DNA of 29,938 nt from IMG/VR virus record IMGVR_UViG_3300017784_001746, positions 1 to 29,938 of that record; one strand, written 5' to 3'. Shown piece after piece: positions 10,057 through 18,077 of the stretch. The first letter of the stretch is position 1; each line of letters starts with the position of its first letter. Under the pieces are notes generated by a model that saw nothing but the letters and a program-made list of their open reading frames with translations, made no database searches and was not told where the DNA came from. This DNA is from a virus (Duplodnaviria; Caudoviricetes). Position numbers and translations under genes: made by a program.

Positions 10057-11085
10057 TTACTCCATAATCCAGGCGTGACCGTCGCCGCCAATGCCAGCAG
10101 TAGAACCGGCACCAGCCCCGCCGCCGCCGCCGCCAATCCCTCCGCGTCCAGCAGTGCCAGCCACTCCTCCCGCGCCGCCACCGCCACCAAACATACCGCC
10201 GCGCCCCGCGCTAAAGGCTCCGTTGCGAATAGAACCACCGCCCCCACCAAATCCCCCGCTAGTTCCGTTTGCTCCGGTTGAACCAACTCCGCCGCCGCCA
10301 GACTGAGCGGTTCCGCCACCCCCAGTTGGGACGCTGTAGATTGTTGGGCCGTCGCCTTTAATTATTATTGGCGTTGCTTCATTAGATAACCCAAGCCCAT
10401 TCGACGTGGTGGAGGCAGCGGTCATCGAACCACCACCGCCCCCCTGCGCTGTTGCAACATCTCCACCATTACAACCGGCACCCCATCCGCCACCGCCGCC
10501 TGACCCATTGCCTCCCGTTGCGTTTCCACCTCTGCCCCCCATTCCGCCGCCCCCGCCACCATCGTCATTCGTTACGGCTGTTCCACCGGCTGGACCAGTA
10601 CGATATGGATTCCCTGGAGCGCCACCGCCACCACCACATTGAGTGCCTGTGGCAGTGCCGCCAGCCCCACCTGTTCTTCGCAAATATCCACCACTTCCGC
10701 CAGTTCCTCCAGCGGCTCCCGTTGCACTGGTCGCGCCGCTGCCAGCGTTAACCGATATTGTTGCTGACGAGTGAACGATACTAGATGAGCCTCCATTTGT
10801 GCCGACCGCACCACCAGCCCCAATCGTGATTGTGATCGTGTCTCCAGCGACGACGGTAATAAGGCCCTCGGCGTATTCACCACCGCCGCCACCGCCACCG
10901 CCAGCGGCACCAGTTTGACGACCGCCACCGCCACCAGCCATCACCCCGACCCTCACCGACGAAACCCCGGTTGGAACGGTGTAAGTATATGGAGAAGCTA
11001 GGTTGGTCCAATATTCAGTAACCTTGCGCTTTGATTGAGACGACGCCGCCGCCGCAGGAAAACTCGGATTGAATGGAAACGTCAT
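10057..11085 (-). CDS. Glycine-rich domain virion protein (putative adhesin/fibre tip, 342 aa)
   Basis: YTYTVPTGVSSVRVGVMAGGGGG...GGGGGEYA..ITV..GDTITITIGAGG, many polyglycine runs, and terminal GIGGDGHAWI. This is the phage glycine-rich domain pattern. Confidence 0.8.
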   Translation of the reverse strand: MTFPFNPSFPAAAASSQSKRKVTEYWTNLASPYTYTVPTGVSSVRVGVMAGGGGGRQTGAAGGGGGGGGEYAEGLITVVAGDTITITIGAGGAVGTNGGSSSIVHSSATISVNAGSGATSATGAAGGTGGSGGYLRRTGGAGGTATGTQCGGGGGAPGNPYRTGPAGGTAVTNDDGGGGGGMGGRGGNATGGNGSGGGGGWGAGCNGGDVATAQGGGGGSMTAASTTSNGLGLSNEATPIIIKGDGPTIYSVPTGGGGTAQSGGGGVGSTGANGTSGGFGGGGGSIRNGAFSAGRGGMFGGGGGAGGVAGTAGRGGIGGGGGGAGAGSTAGIGGDGHAWIME

Positions 11086-11480
11086 GATGTCGCCGTGAAG
11101 GTTCGGGCCACGAAGCCGGTGAAAGAAACACCGGACGACGCCGCAAGCGTCGAGAACATGGTGACAGCGCCTGATTTTGAGATGGCAGCGTTGCCGTTAA
11201 ACATCAAACCAAACGCACCTGCGGCGACCGTCAGAGGGATAGACGAGATCGTCGCCAGCGTGCCAAGACCGCCGTACACCGTCACCGAACTCGTACCGGA
11301 GTTGTTGACGGTGACGTAGAGAACGTCCTGCGCGTTCAGGTCGGCGGTGTGAATGGTCTGCGCTGACGCAGCCACCGTTGCGGTCAGGTTGATCGCGGGC
11401 GTACTCGCCGTCGCACCACTCAGCGGAAAGAACGCCGTAACCGGGCTATCGGTCCCGCCTCTGCCAATGAAGTTCGTCAT
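11082..11480 (-). CDS. Small beta-rich virion protein (132 aa)
   Basis: T/S/A-rich ORF translationally coupled to both neighbours. Confidence 0.6.
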   Translation of the reverse strand: MTNFIGRGGTDSPVTAFFPLSGATASTPAINLTATVAASAQTIHTADLNAQDVLYVTVNNSGTSSVTVYGGLGTLATISSIPLTVAAGAFGLMFNGNAAISKSGAVTMFSTLAASSGVSFTGFVARTFTATS

Positions 11481-11827
11481 CAGGTCACCTCAACAATGGT
11501 AGCAACGACGTTTATGCCGAACGTCGCGTATGCCGTTACATATAAAGCACCACCGGTTGGAAGAACGTGCTTCTCGGCACCGACCGCGATGACAGAACCG
11601 CCAGGGTACACCGGCATCTTCTTGCCGCTGATGCTGTAGGTGGTGCTGCCGTCATAAATGTCGACGTCGGCGTAGTTCATGCCGTTTCCGGTTGCGGTAC
11701 TCGCCACTGTAACGGCGATGACCATCCCCCGCGTAGCGGCGGGGACGGTGTACGATCCAACCGTGGCTGTGGTCGTCGAGGTGATACTCGACGCCTTGAT
11801 GAGATACTGTGTTGCCGTAAATGCCAT
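11480..11827 (-). CDS. Small beta-rich virion protein (115 aa)
   Basis: TTTATVGSYTVPAATRGMVIAVTVAS...PVYPGGS...KHVLPTGGALYV pattern common in small phage structural proteins. Confidence 0.65.
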   Translation of the reverse strand: MAFTATQYLIKASSITSTTTATVGSYTVPAATRGMVIAVTVASTATGNGMNYADVDIYDGSTTYSISGKKMPVYPGGSVIAVGAEKHVLPTGGALYVTAYATFGINVVATIVEVT

Positions 11828-11835
11828 TTTTCACC

Positions 11836-12228
11836 TTAAGTCAGTAGTACGCCGCGCCAAGCGCCGGAGGCCGCATAAATCCAAAGCTTATTGTTCGTTG
11901 TGTCGTATTGGATAGGCATGTTTCCTACGCCGAACCCAGCTGGAACCCCGGTCGGTGCCCCGGCGCAAGAAGTAATCATCACATATCCAACCGTAGCGGT
12001 TGTCGCCAATGCAGCACCTGCGCCGAGCGTGAAGTTGCCGGCGGAACTGATCGCTGCGCCGCTGGCAAGAACAATGCCTGTCGCAAGAGAAGTTTGAGCG
12101 ACAAACGTGCTGATTTGGCGAGCCGTGCAGTATTCAGCCGGCGGGCCGGCGGCGTGCTGGACAAGAAACACATCACCGCTCGCGAGAGCGGCAGAGGCGT
12201 CCAATTCGCTGATGAGGACGTTAGGCAT
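11836..12228 (-). CDS. Small fibre-like virion protein (130 aa)
   Basis: N-terminal VLISELDASAALASGDVFLV attachment-type motif and C-terminal IQYDTTNNKLWIY..GAW fibre motif. Confidence 0.65.
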   Translation of the reverse strand: MPNVLISELDASAALASGDVFLVQHAAGPPAEYCTARQISTFVAQTSLATGIVLASGAAISSAGNFTLGAGAALATTATVGYVMITSCAGAPTGVPAGFGVGNMPIQYDTTNNKLWIYAASGAWRGVLLT

Positions 12229-12623
12229 TACGGGTTGTTCCCAGACAGGAAGTTGAAGCCGCTATTCGTATCGTCTTGAGGGTTTACCCCGGTAATGATG
12301 GGCGTGTTGTAGTCAGCGATAATGAACAGCATCTCGTCTGGATCAAGCGCATAACTTTCGGGGCGTGCATTCTGAATAGGCACAGGATCTGGACCGAGAA
12401 CCATCTTTGAGAAGTACGGGTTAGGCACGTCATCGCACACACCGCAGACCCATAAACCGGTTCCAACAGGGACAGACCCGCCGCGATACTCTTTACGCTC
12501 AACCAGATGGTCATGCATCGTCCACATACCGCAGCCGTCGCACACGGCAACGGCCCTTGGGTTTCGCACATCAATATCAATGGCGGCTCGGGTCTTCAGG
12601 TGAAGTGGCGAGAGCCGGCTCAA
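12228..12623 (-). CDS. Four-cysteine (zinc-binding-like) morphogenesis-module protein (131 aa)
   Basis: AVAVCDGCG...GLWVCGVCDDVPNP...DPVPIQNARPE. Coupled to the upstream adaptor-like gene. Confidence 0.7.
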   Translation of the reverse strand: MSRLSPLHLKTRAAIDIDVRNPRAVAVCDGCGMWTMHDHLVERKEYRGGSVPVGTGLWVCGVCDDVPNPYFSKMVLGPDPVPIQNARPESYALDPDEMLFIIADYNTPIITGVNPQDDTNSGFNFLSGNNP

Positions 12624-13312
12624 TTGCGCCTCCCGAGAACATCAGGAATAATCCGCATCGGCACCTTCTCGGTGTCTTCTGCGGCGGCAAACGTGTAGGC
12701 CCGCTCGTAGTCCATCATCAGGTCCGCCTTGCGCTCAGGTGCCCACTTTCCAGCGAGGCGAACCGCTAGACCGCTCGCCATGGCGTCAAACCACCGTTGC
12801 GGGGCATCGAGCGTGCTGATCATCGAACCGGGGTCGTCTTGCATCAACATAACGTACATCCACATCGTCCACGTTGTGTCTTGCGGAGTCTGCCAGATAA
12901 ACGTGGTCGGGGTAATAGTGCGCTCGAAGTAAAACTGAGAAGGACCGACGCCCTGCTGCTGCTTGTTCGGAATGGACGAGTAGTCTGCTCTGCTGATCTC
13001 GCTCATCGTAATATCTGTCGTGACGCCGCCGTTTGTCTGCCGGCGGTAGGCCTGGAGGATGTCGACGACATCAGATCCCATGACAAACGACTGAAGCCCG
13101 ACCGTGAGAGCTTGGCTTTGCAACTCCACCTTCCACAGGTTAACCCCACGGTTGGCCCATTCGCTAAACAGGTAGGACAGCGACCGCGTGGCCGATTCCA
13201 CGTCGTTAGCGGACAACTCACTGGCCTGACGCCCGACGCGCTCATACGCCTCGTCGATCACAGACTGCTGGTTTGTGCCGGTGCCGAAGGTTGTTGTTCC
13301 TGAAAGGGTCAT
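12620..13312 (-). CDS. Putative head-tail adaptor/head completion protein (230 aa)
   Basis: SGTTTF..IDEAYERVG..ATRSLSYLFSEWANRGVNLW, ISRADYSSIPNK..G.PSQFY and PQRWFDAMASGLA. Confidence 0.7.
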   Translation of the reverse strand: MTLSGTTTFGTGTNQQSVIDEAYERVGRQASELSANDVESATRSLSYLFSEWANRGVNLWKVELQSQALTVGLQSFVMGSDVVDILQAYRRQTNGGVTTDITMSEISRADYSSIPNKQQQGVGPSQFYFERTITPTTFIWQTPQDTTWTMWMYVMLMQDDPGSMISTLDAPQRWFDAMASGLAVRLAGKWAPERKADLMMDYERAYTFAAAEDTEKVPMRIIPDVLGRRN

Positions 13313-13328
13313 TATTCCGTTCTTTTAC

Positions 13329-13671
13329 TCAGGCCGTATATATTGGCTTGTCATCGTCGTGCGGTAGACGCACACGGTTGAGCGCGTCTCGCTGTTCGTT
13401 TGATGGTTGGTCGTAGGTCACCAGCAATACTCCGTCACCGAGCCGCCCCGGCAAGCGGCAGATTGTCAGTCGTTGGCGATGCCGTTGATGAGCGCCAGCT
13501 TCTCGATGGCACCGCTATTCAGACATCGCCGCCGAAAGTTTTTTCAGCTTTGCTTGCAATCTGATTGATAAGCCTTCTGCTTCTTGATGGATCAGCAAGT
13601 AGTTTGAGCAAACCCATACTGACGTCTTCGCTGCTGGACCCAGACGTTAGAGACGTGGTGCTGATTCCCAT
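13329..13671 (-). pseudogene. Possible disrupted ORF (or 50-aa ORF plus remnants)
   Basis: ATG at 13671 opens MGISTTSLTSGSSSEDVSMGLLKLLADP...AEKTFGGDV*, which stops at 13519 just after an A6 run. Protein-like fragments continue in other frames to a TGA at 13329. Confidence 0.35.
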
Positions 13672-13674
13672 TTT

Positions 13675-14352
13675 CTATCCCGCCTGTATAAAGGTAATTT
13701 GTGGAATGGCTTGGGCAGACGAAGTTGCCGCCGCGTTTGTTGCGACGAAGATAGCCCGCACATAATTAACCGGATAGGCGTAGTTACTTTCTTGGCTCGT
13801 TACGACAGATACCAATGTCGCGTGGCTGAAAACAGACGGTGACGCGGTCGTATTAACGTCATTTGGCGTGTCCTGAACCGTCACGGCTGGTGACGTACCA
13901 GTATTCACGACGGAGATCGTCATATTGAACGGATTAGCGTAGACGTTATTGCGAATCCAGTTCGAAGACCCTGTAGCGCCGACGCCGACCGTGAATGGAA
14001 TAGAGGCAAAAGTGCCAACAGAAACCGAAGTGACTTTGTTAAATTCATACGCTGTAACTGTGGGGATAAGAGTTCCGGTCGGGCCAGCGATTGATGTGGT
14101 TATAGCAACGCCACGGGTGTCGAACCCTGAGACGGTGAACGTAGAAGTGCTAATGTTTCCGGTGCATGAAATCATCACCGTTCTCTGGATGCCTGGAAGC
14201 GTCACCGCCGGAGAATAACCCTGTGTTCCCTTGAGCGGAAAATTTGACAACCCTCCGTTAAGAATAAGAGCCTCACTCGTAGCTGTCGTCGTTTGCGTGG
14301 CGCATACTTCGACAGCGGTCTGTGTCGGGTAACTAAATACGATTGGGCGCAC
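13675..14352 (-). CDS. Thr/Ser-rich virion protein (225 aa), paralog of 15362-16195
   Basis: QRTVMISCTGNISTSTFTVSGFDTRG...FNKVTSV aligns by eye with a segment of the 277-aa protein. Confidence 0.7.
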   Translation of the reverse strand: MRPIVFSYPTQTAVEVCATQTTTATSEALILNGGLSNFPLKGTQGYSPAVTLPGIQRTVMISCTGNISTSTFTVSGFDTRGVAITTSIAGPTGTLIPTVTAYEFNKVTSVSVGTFASIPFTVGVGATGSSNWIRNNVYANPFNMTISVVNTGTSPAVTVQDTPNDVNTTASPSVFSHATLVSVVTSQESNYAYPVNYVRAIFVATNAAATSSAQAIPQITFIQAG

Positions 14353-14370
14353 AGGGTTTCTCCATTATGT

Positions 14371-15285
14371 TTAAGCGGCAGGGAGTTCCGGTCGCGCACG
14401 TTTGCGAGGTGAAACCTGCTTTTGTTTTACCAACTTTACCAACATATCTGAGTTCGCCTCGACCGATTTGTCGTGACCATTGGATTTTGTTGTATCGAAA
14501 ACAACCGCAACAAGAGGCTCCACCGTTTCCGGCGTCACTGTGCGAATGGTGATGATGTTCTCGGAAATCTGCCGAGATGGATTTCGAACGGTATCGACGT
14601 GCCGCATGATCTCTGGAGCCGTCATAAGCCGGCCACCGTTGTTTGGCGGAAGGTTTGGATTGGCGAACCAACCGTATGGCGCTTGTTTGCAGTACATGTC
14701 CATCAGCGTCGAGTTTTGACCAACCGCAAAGCGGACGCCGCGCTGCGTACCAATCCCCATAAGAAATTCGCAGCACGCACGGCCAGATTCCGCAAGGTGA
14801 ACATCAGGATACGAAAAGTCGCAGCCGAACAACCCGATTTCGTTAAAGCCGTCAGCCATCGCCAAGCCGATTGCGTAGGCAACGCTTGTGTTGAAGTAGG
14901 TGATTCCGCCGAAGCATGCCGAGACGCGATCAAACGGATATACGACATGATTCGGATACTTTGGGTGAGGGTGCGAAGTGTAGAAAGGTACGTTGTCCTT
15001 CAAGGCGTATTCGCACATATCGCGAACGACGGGATGCCCGAGATAAGGATGAACTGGATCGACGTGAATAATGCGGTCGCATCTGATTTGCGCCCCCATG
15101 TAATTCACACACCATGTCTCCGCTCCCAGAAGAATGTCAGGCCGCGTCTCCATCAACTGGGCCTGAAAGAAATCATTTCGGCTTGACCCCATCGCAATGA
15201 TGTTAACTGCTTTGCGGTTAGGGGCGAAGTTGCTCGCGCTAGGCGCGACGTTTTTACCAGCCTGTGGCTCTACGGGTCCGTCCAT
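14371..15285 (-). CDS. Putative Maf/DUF115 (MptE-like) or sialyltransferase-like glycosyltransferase (304 aa)
   Basis: Motif order VNIIAMGSS / TWCVN / CDRIIHVD / YFNTSVAYAIGLAMADGFNEIGLFGCDFSY matches the GxGPS...N...D...S..A..LA...G..EI.L.G.DF pattern of Maf and CstII/GT29-like Rossmann-fold nonulosonate transferases. Confidence 0.6.
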   Translation of the reverse strand: MDGPVEPQAGKNVAPSASNFAPNRKAVNIIAMGSSRNDFFQAQLMETRPDILLGAETWCVNYMGAQIRCDRIIHVDPVHPYLGHPVVRDMCEYALKDNVPFYTSHPHPKYPNHVVYPFDRVSACFGGITYFNTSVAYAIGLAMADGFNEIGLFGCDFSYPDVHLAESGRACCEFLMGIGTQRGVRFAVGQNSTLMDMYCKQAPYGWFANPNLPPNNGGRLMTAPEIMRHVDTVRNPSRQISENIITIRTVTPETVEPLVAVVFDTTKSNGHDKSVEANSDMLVKLVKQKQVSPRKRARPELPAA

Positions 15286-15313
15286 TTGATCAATCCTTGC
15301 CTGTTAAACCACC

Positions 15314-15356
15314 AGAAAAGAACCGCCGGAGCGCGGTGGCAAACGCTCCGGCAGGT
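15314..15356 (-). terminator. Intrinsic terminator after the 277-aa gene
   Basis: Minus strand gccggagcg-tttgccaccg-cgctccggc stem followed by ggttcttttct. Confidence 0.7.
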
Positions 15357-15361
15357 AAAGT

Positions 15362-16195
15362 TTATGACGTGAACGGCGTTGCGCCGTAAGTGATCTCCTT
15401 GGTGTCAGCCGAGGCAGCAATGTTGTACGACGGGCCGACGATGTAGATCCCGTAGGTGTTGGTGTCGTTGGCAATCGAGCGCGTCGGCAAACTTACGACA
15501 CCGCGAACGTCGGTCGTGGTCGCGGTCGGCGTGACCGCCGTCGAAAGCCCAACCTGCACGAAGCCGCCAGCAGCACCCAGAACAGTACCAACCGCCGTGG
15601 CGGTTAGTTGCCATCCGTTCTGCGTAATCGACTGAACGCGATTCTGCGAAGTGATCCGATACGGCAAGCCGTAAGCATCGGTCGTGCCAATCTGAACAGA
15701 GGTGGTCGACGTTCCGGTGGCGGTCGTACTCGTATAGCTCGCAGACGTAATGGTCTTGAACGATACGGGGCTAATCGCCATTCCGGTTGTCGCGTAGGCT
15801 GCGCCGCCGGAAGCCCCGGTGAAGGTGCTAACCTGCGGTTTACCATAGCCGTCAGTACCGCGAATGGTGAAGGTGCTGCCGGTGACCGACAGCGTGCAGA
15901 AGATAGCAACGCAACGCGGAACGTCGAGAGTCGCAACACCGCCAGAGACGAGCGAACCGGTGATGCCGATTGTGACGGCAGAAGCGGTGACGGTGCCAAA
16001 CCCAGACGCGGAAAAAGCAATGCCGCTGGCGATGGCCGTAGAAGCCGTCCCGAGCGGGTAGAAGTAAACCGGCGCTACGGGAACGCCGGAGATTTCGTCC
16101 TCGGCGTAACCGGCGATGTAACCGGAAACGCTGGTCGGCAGCGCACTCGAATACTGAGCGCGTCCGATTTTCTGAAGGTCGCTGAAGCTAGTCAT
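15362..16195 (-). CDS. Thr/Ser/Ala-rich virion protein, possible capsid decoration (277 aa)
   Basis: First gene after the major capsid gene. Contains LDVPRCVAI...TFTIRGTDGYG...FKTITSA...IGTTDAYGLPYR. Confidence 0.7.
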   Translation of the reverse strand: MTSFSDLQKIGRAQYSSALPTSVSGYIAGYAEDEISGVPVAPVYFYPLGTASTAIASGIAFSASGFGTVTASAVTIGITGSLVSGGVATLDVPRCVAIFCTLSVTGSTFTIRGTDGYGKPQVSTFTGASGGAAYATTGMAISPVSFKTITSASYTSTTATGTSTTSVQIGTTDAYGLPYRITSQNRVQSITQNGWQLTATAVGTVLGAAGGFVQVGLSTAVTPTATTTDVRGVVSLPTRSIANDTNTYGIYIVGPSYNIAASADTKEITYGATPFTS

Positions 16196-16221
16196 GTGGA
16201 AGTCTCCACTTTGTTGTTACG

Positions 16222-16257
16222 AAAAGGGCCACCGCACGCTGCGGCGCGATGGCCCTA
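16222..16257 (-). terminator. Intrinsic terminator after the major capsid gene
   Basis: Minus strand agggcca-tcgcg-ccgca-gcg-tgcgg-tggccct followed by ttt: a bulged GC-rich hairpin with a short U tract. Confidence 0.7.
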
Positions 16258-16280
16258 TTCTCAATTATCCCTGACGGTTA

Positions 16281-17186
16281 TCAGGTAGCACCAGACGAAC
16301 CGTAGATGGAGCGCGAGTTCGACCAGCCGAACGAGTAACGCTCGATGGCCTTGGCAAGCAGGTTCGACGTGGTGAAGTCGGTGAACACATCGGTTTCCAA
16401 CTTCTCACGCACATAGTGCTTGAGGCCGTTCGGCGCGTCGGTCTTGAGGAACCACGCATTGGTATCGGTCAGGAAGTGGTTGATTTTGTAACCCTGCGGA
16501 ACCGCGCCCATGTTGTAGATGGCGTTGACGTCGTTGTTCGCCGTTCCAGTGCGGAACTGCGAATTGAGCAGACGGTCGGCAGTAAATTGTAACTGAGGCG
16601 GAACAACCAACTTGACCGGCTTGGTCATGGTGATCAGGCCGGCTTGGTCGCGGAACTGCGAGATCGCCGTAATGGCGTCTTGCAGCGAACTTTCGTTCAA
16701 GTCGGTCTGCACGGTCGGAGTATTGGCGAACGTGCCGGTGTCGATGGGGTGGGCCGTCGAGAACAACGCCACGCCGTCGCCGCCGGGGAAGGACGCAGAG
16801 AAGCCGTTGTTCAGAACGCTCGCTCCGTTGACTTCTTTCGACTGCATCATCGAGTTTCGCAGCGATTGCGCTTGCTGCGGGAACTGCGATTCGTACAGAT
16901 TGTCCTTCATCGCCTGTCTGGTGATGATGAAACCAACCGAGGTGTAACGATGGTAGTAAGTGCTGATGATCCGCTGGCCCATGTCTTGGAACGCGGTCGC
17001 CGCACCTTCTGCCTTCGTTGACGCCAACCCGAGCAGTTTCATTTCGACTTCGATTTCGACGGCTTTGTCCGAAGACTTCACTTCGAAGATTTCGGTGTAT
17101 TCCGCCGGGTACATCGGATAGTCGCCAAAAACTTCGGCCAATCCTGGGCGCAGAAGCTGTTGGATTTGTGAGGTATTGATGGTCAT
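16281..17186 (-). CDS. Major capsid protein (HK97 fold, Mu gpT-like family)
   Basis: LLRPGLAEVFG.Y, K.EG....FQD, GFIITRQAMKDNLY, GGDGVALFSTAHP, KLVVPPQLQF.A.RLL.S, NHFLTDTNAWF and ERYSFGWSN.R.IYGS.G. Strongly biased codon usage, followed by a terminator. Confidence 0.9.
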   Translation of the reverse strand: MTINTSQIQQLLRPGLAEVFGDYPMYPAEYTEIFEVKSSDKAVEIEVEMKLLGLASTKAEGAATAFQDMGQRIISTYYHRYTSVGFIITRQAMKDNLYESQFPQQAQSLRNSMMQSKEVNGASVLNNGFSASFPGGDGVALFSTAHPIDTGTFANTPTVQTDLNESSLQDAITAISQFRDQAGLITMTKPVKLVVPPQLQFTADRLLNSQFRTGTANNDVNAIYNMGAVPQGYKINHFLTDTNAWFLKTDAPNGLKHYVREKLETDVFTDFTTSNLLAKAIERYSFGWSNSRSIYGSSGAT

Positions 17187-17209
17187 GTGTGTGTTTCCTG
17201 ATCCAAATG

Positions 17210-17806
17210 TTACGGGCGAGGAGTGCCGGCGCTGCGCTGACCGTTATTGATCTGCACAACCCAGTTGGCGAACGCGCCAACCGCATTTCCAACCCGAGAA
17301 TCAAGAGCAACAATGCGGACGTTCATGCCGGAGGCAGTGGAAGCGGTCGCATTGTTTAAGGTACAAGCAGAAAGACCAGTTCGGGTGCTTCCTGCCGTAT
17401 AGACGAAGTTGGCGTTGAGGCCGGGAGCCGCCGCCGTCAGTGGCGTACCGGAGGCCCCGGAGGCGTCACCTTCAGTAATGGTGTATTCAGCACTCGGATC
17501 ATCGATCACGAGAGCAACCGGCGTATTCCCGGTCAGGAAGGCCGTAGCGCCGCTGAAGTAGTTCTGGAATTGCCAGACGCCGGCAGTGTCTTGGAATTTG
17601 CAGCCTTGGAATGCGCCGAGCCAAGCGACAGTCGCTGTTCCTCGAACGATCACGCCAACCGTTGAGAGGGTGACGGGATCTCCTTGAAAGATCGTCTGAC
17701 CGCCGGTCGCAGGAAGGTTGTATTCACTAAGACCGCCGTTCCAGGTAACTCCGTTGCCGCTGGTAATTGGTTGGAAGCCGAAGCCTCCACTCGCTCCGTA
17801 AGCCAT
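17210..17806 (-). CDS. Putative capsid cement/decoration protein (198 aa)
   Basis: FGFQPI...IFQGDPV...GAFQGCKF...VIDDP pattern, immediately upstream of the major capsid gene. GGAG ribosome-binding site. Confidence 0.7.
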   Translation of the reverse strand: MAYGASGGFGFQPITSGNGVTWNGGLSEYNLPATGGQTIFQGDPVTLSTVGVIVRGTATVAWLGAFQGCKFQDTAGVWQFQNYFSGATAFLTGNTPVALVIDDPSAEYTITEGDASGASGTPLTAAAPGLNANFVYTAGSTRTGLSACTLNNATASTASGMNVRIVALDSRVGNAVGAFANWVVQINNGQRSAGTPRP

Positions 17807-17950
17807 TTGTTTGCTCCATTCAGGTTGTTGAAGTCTGATTGCTGCTGTCCTTGCAGCGCGGAGCGGGAACGAGAGCCGCCTTCGATGTCGGGACTTGTCC
17901 CGGCCTGTAACGGTTCAGGCTTCGATAACCCGCATAGCGGGAGCGTTCTA
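17807..17950 (-). other. Structured 5' leader / candidate ncRNA upstream of the capsid genes
   Basis: Consecutive hairpins on the minus strand: cccgc-tat-gcggg, gcctg-aaccgtta-caggc, cgggac-aa-gtcccg, gcgg-ctctcgttc-ccgc and gctg-caagga-cagc. Confidence 0.5.
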
Positions 17951-17964
17951 GCGTAATACGATTT

Positions 17965-17986
17965 CAGTCTTATTTAAGACTGTCAA
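17965..17986 (-). promoter_or_regulatory. TTGACA -35-like box overlapping an 18-bp palindrome
   Basis: tgtcaa at 17981-17986 (TTGACA on the minus strand) and cagtctta-tt-taagactg at 17965-17982. No canonical -10 box at 17-bp spacing. Confidence 0.5.
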
Positions 17987-17995
17987 TGGGGTGGT

Positions 17996-18075
17996 GGGGT
18001 GGTCGGGATTGAAGACCTGTCACTCCTCCGGCAAGGGAAAGGTGGGCCAGGGCCACAGTAACCCCGGCCACCCCA
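17996..18075. repeat. Imperfect 16-bp inverted repeat
   Basis: tggggtggtcgggatt ... aaccccggccacccca, with two non-Watson-Crick positions. Confidence 0.65.
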
Positions 18076-18077
18076 TA

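Noticed and set aside
10057-10940. Repetitive ccgccgcca tracts as a possible repeat array or CRISPR
   Set aside because: They encode polyglycine runs. There is no constant repeat with unique spacers and no cas genes.
13329-13671. Alternative genetic code (stop-codon reassignment)
   Set aside because: All other genes read as intact ORFs under the standard code and use TAA, TAG and TGA as real stops, so the disruption is local.
14371-15285. Literal annotation as the pterin kinase MptE
   Set aside because: The DUF115/MptE-like fold is shared with Maf transferases. No folate or pterin genes are nearby, and the context favours a glycosyltransferase.
16405-17313. 302-aa alternative-frame ORF overlapping the major capsid gene
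   Set aside because: Explained by the capsid gene's codon bias. It is Arg-rich with no protein-like features or clear ribosome-binding site.
17807-17950. Multi-hairpin region as a tRNA or known riboswitch
   Set aside because: No convincing acceptor stem, anticodon arm and T-loop arrangement, and no aptamer consensus I could recognise. Kept only as a candidate structured RNA.
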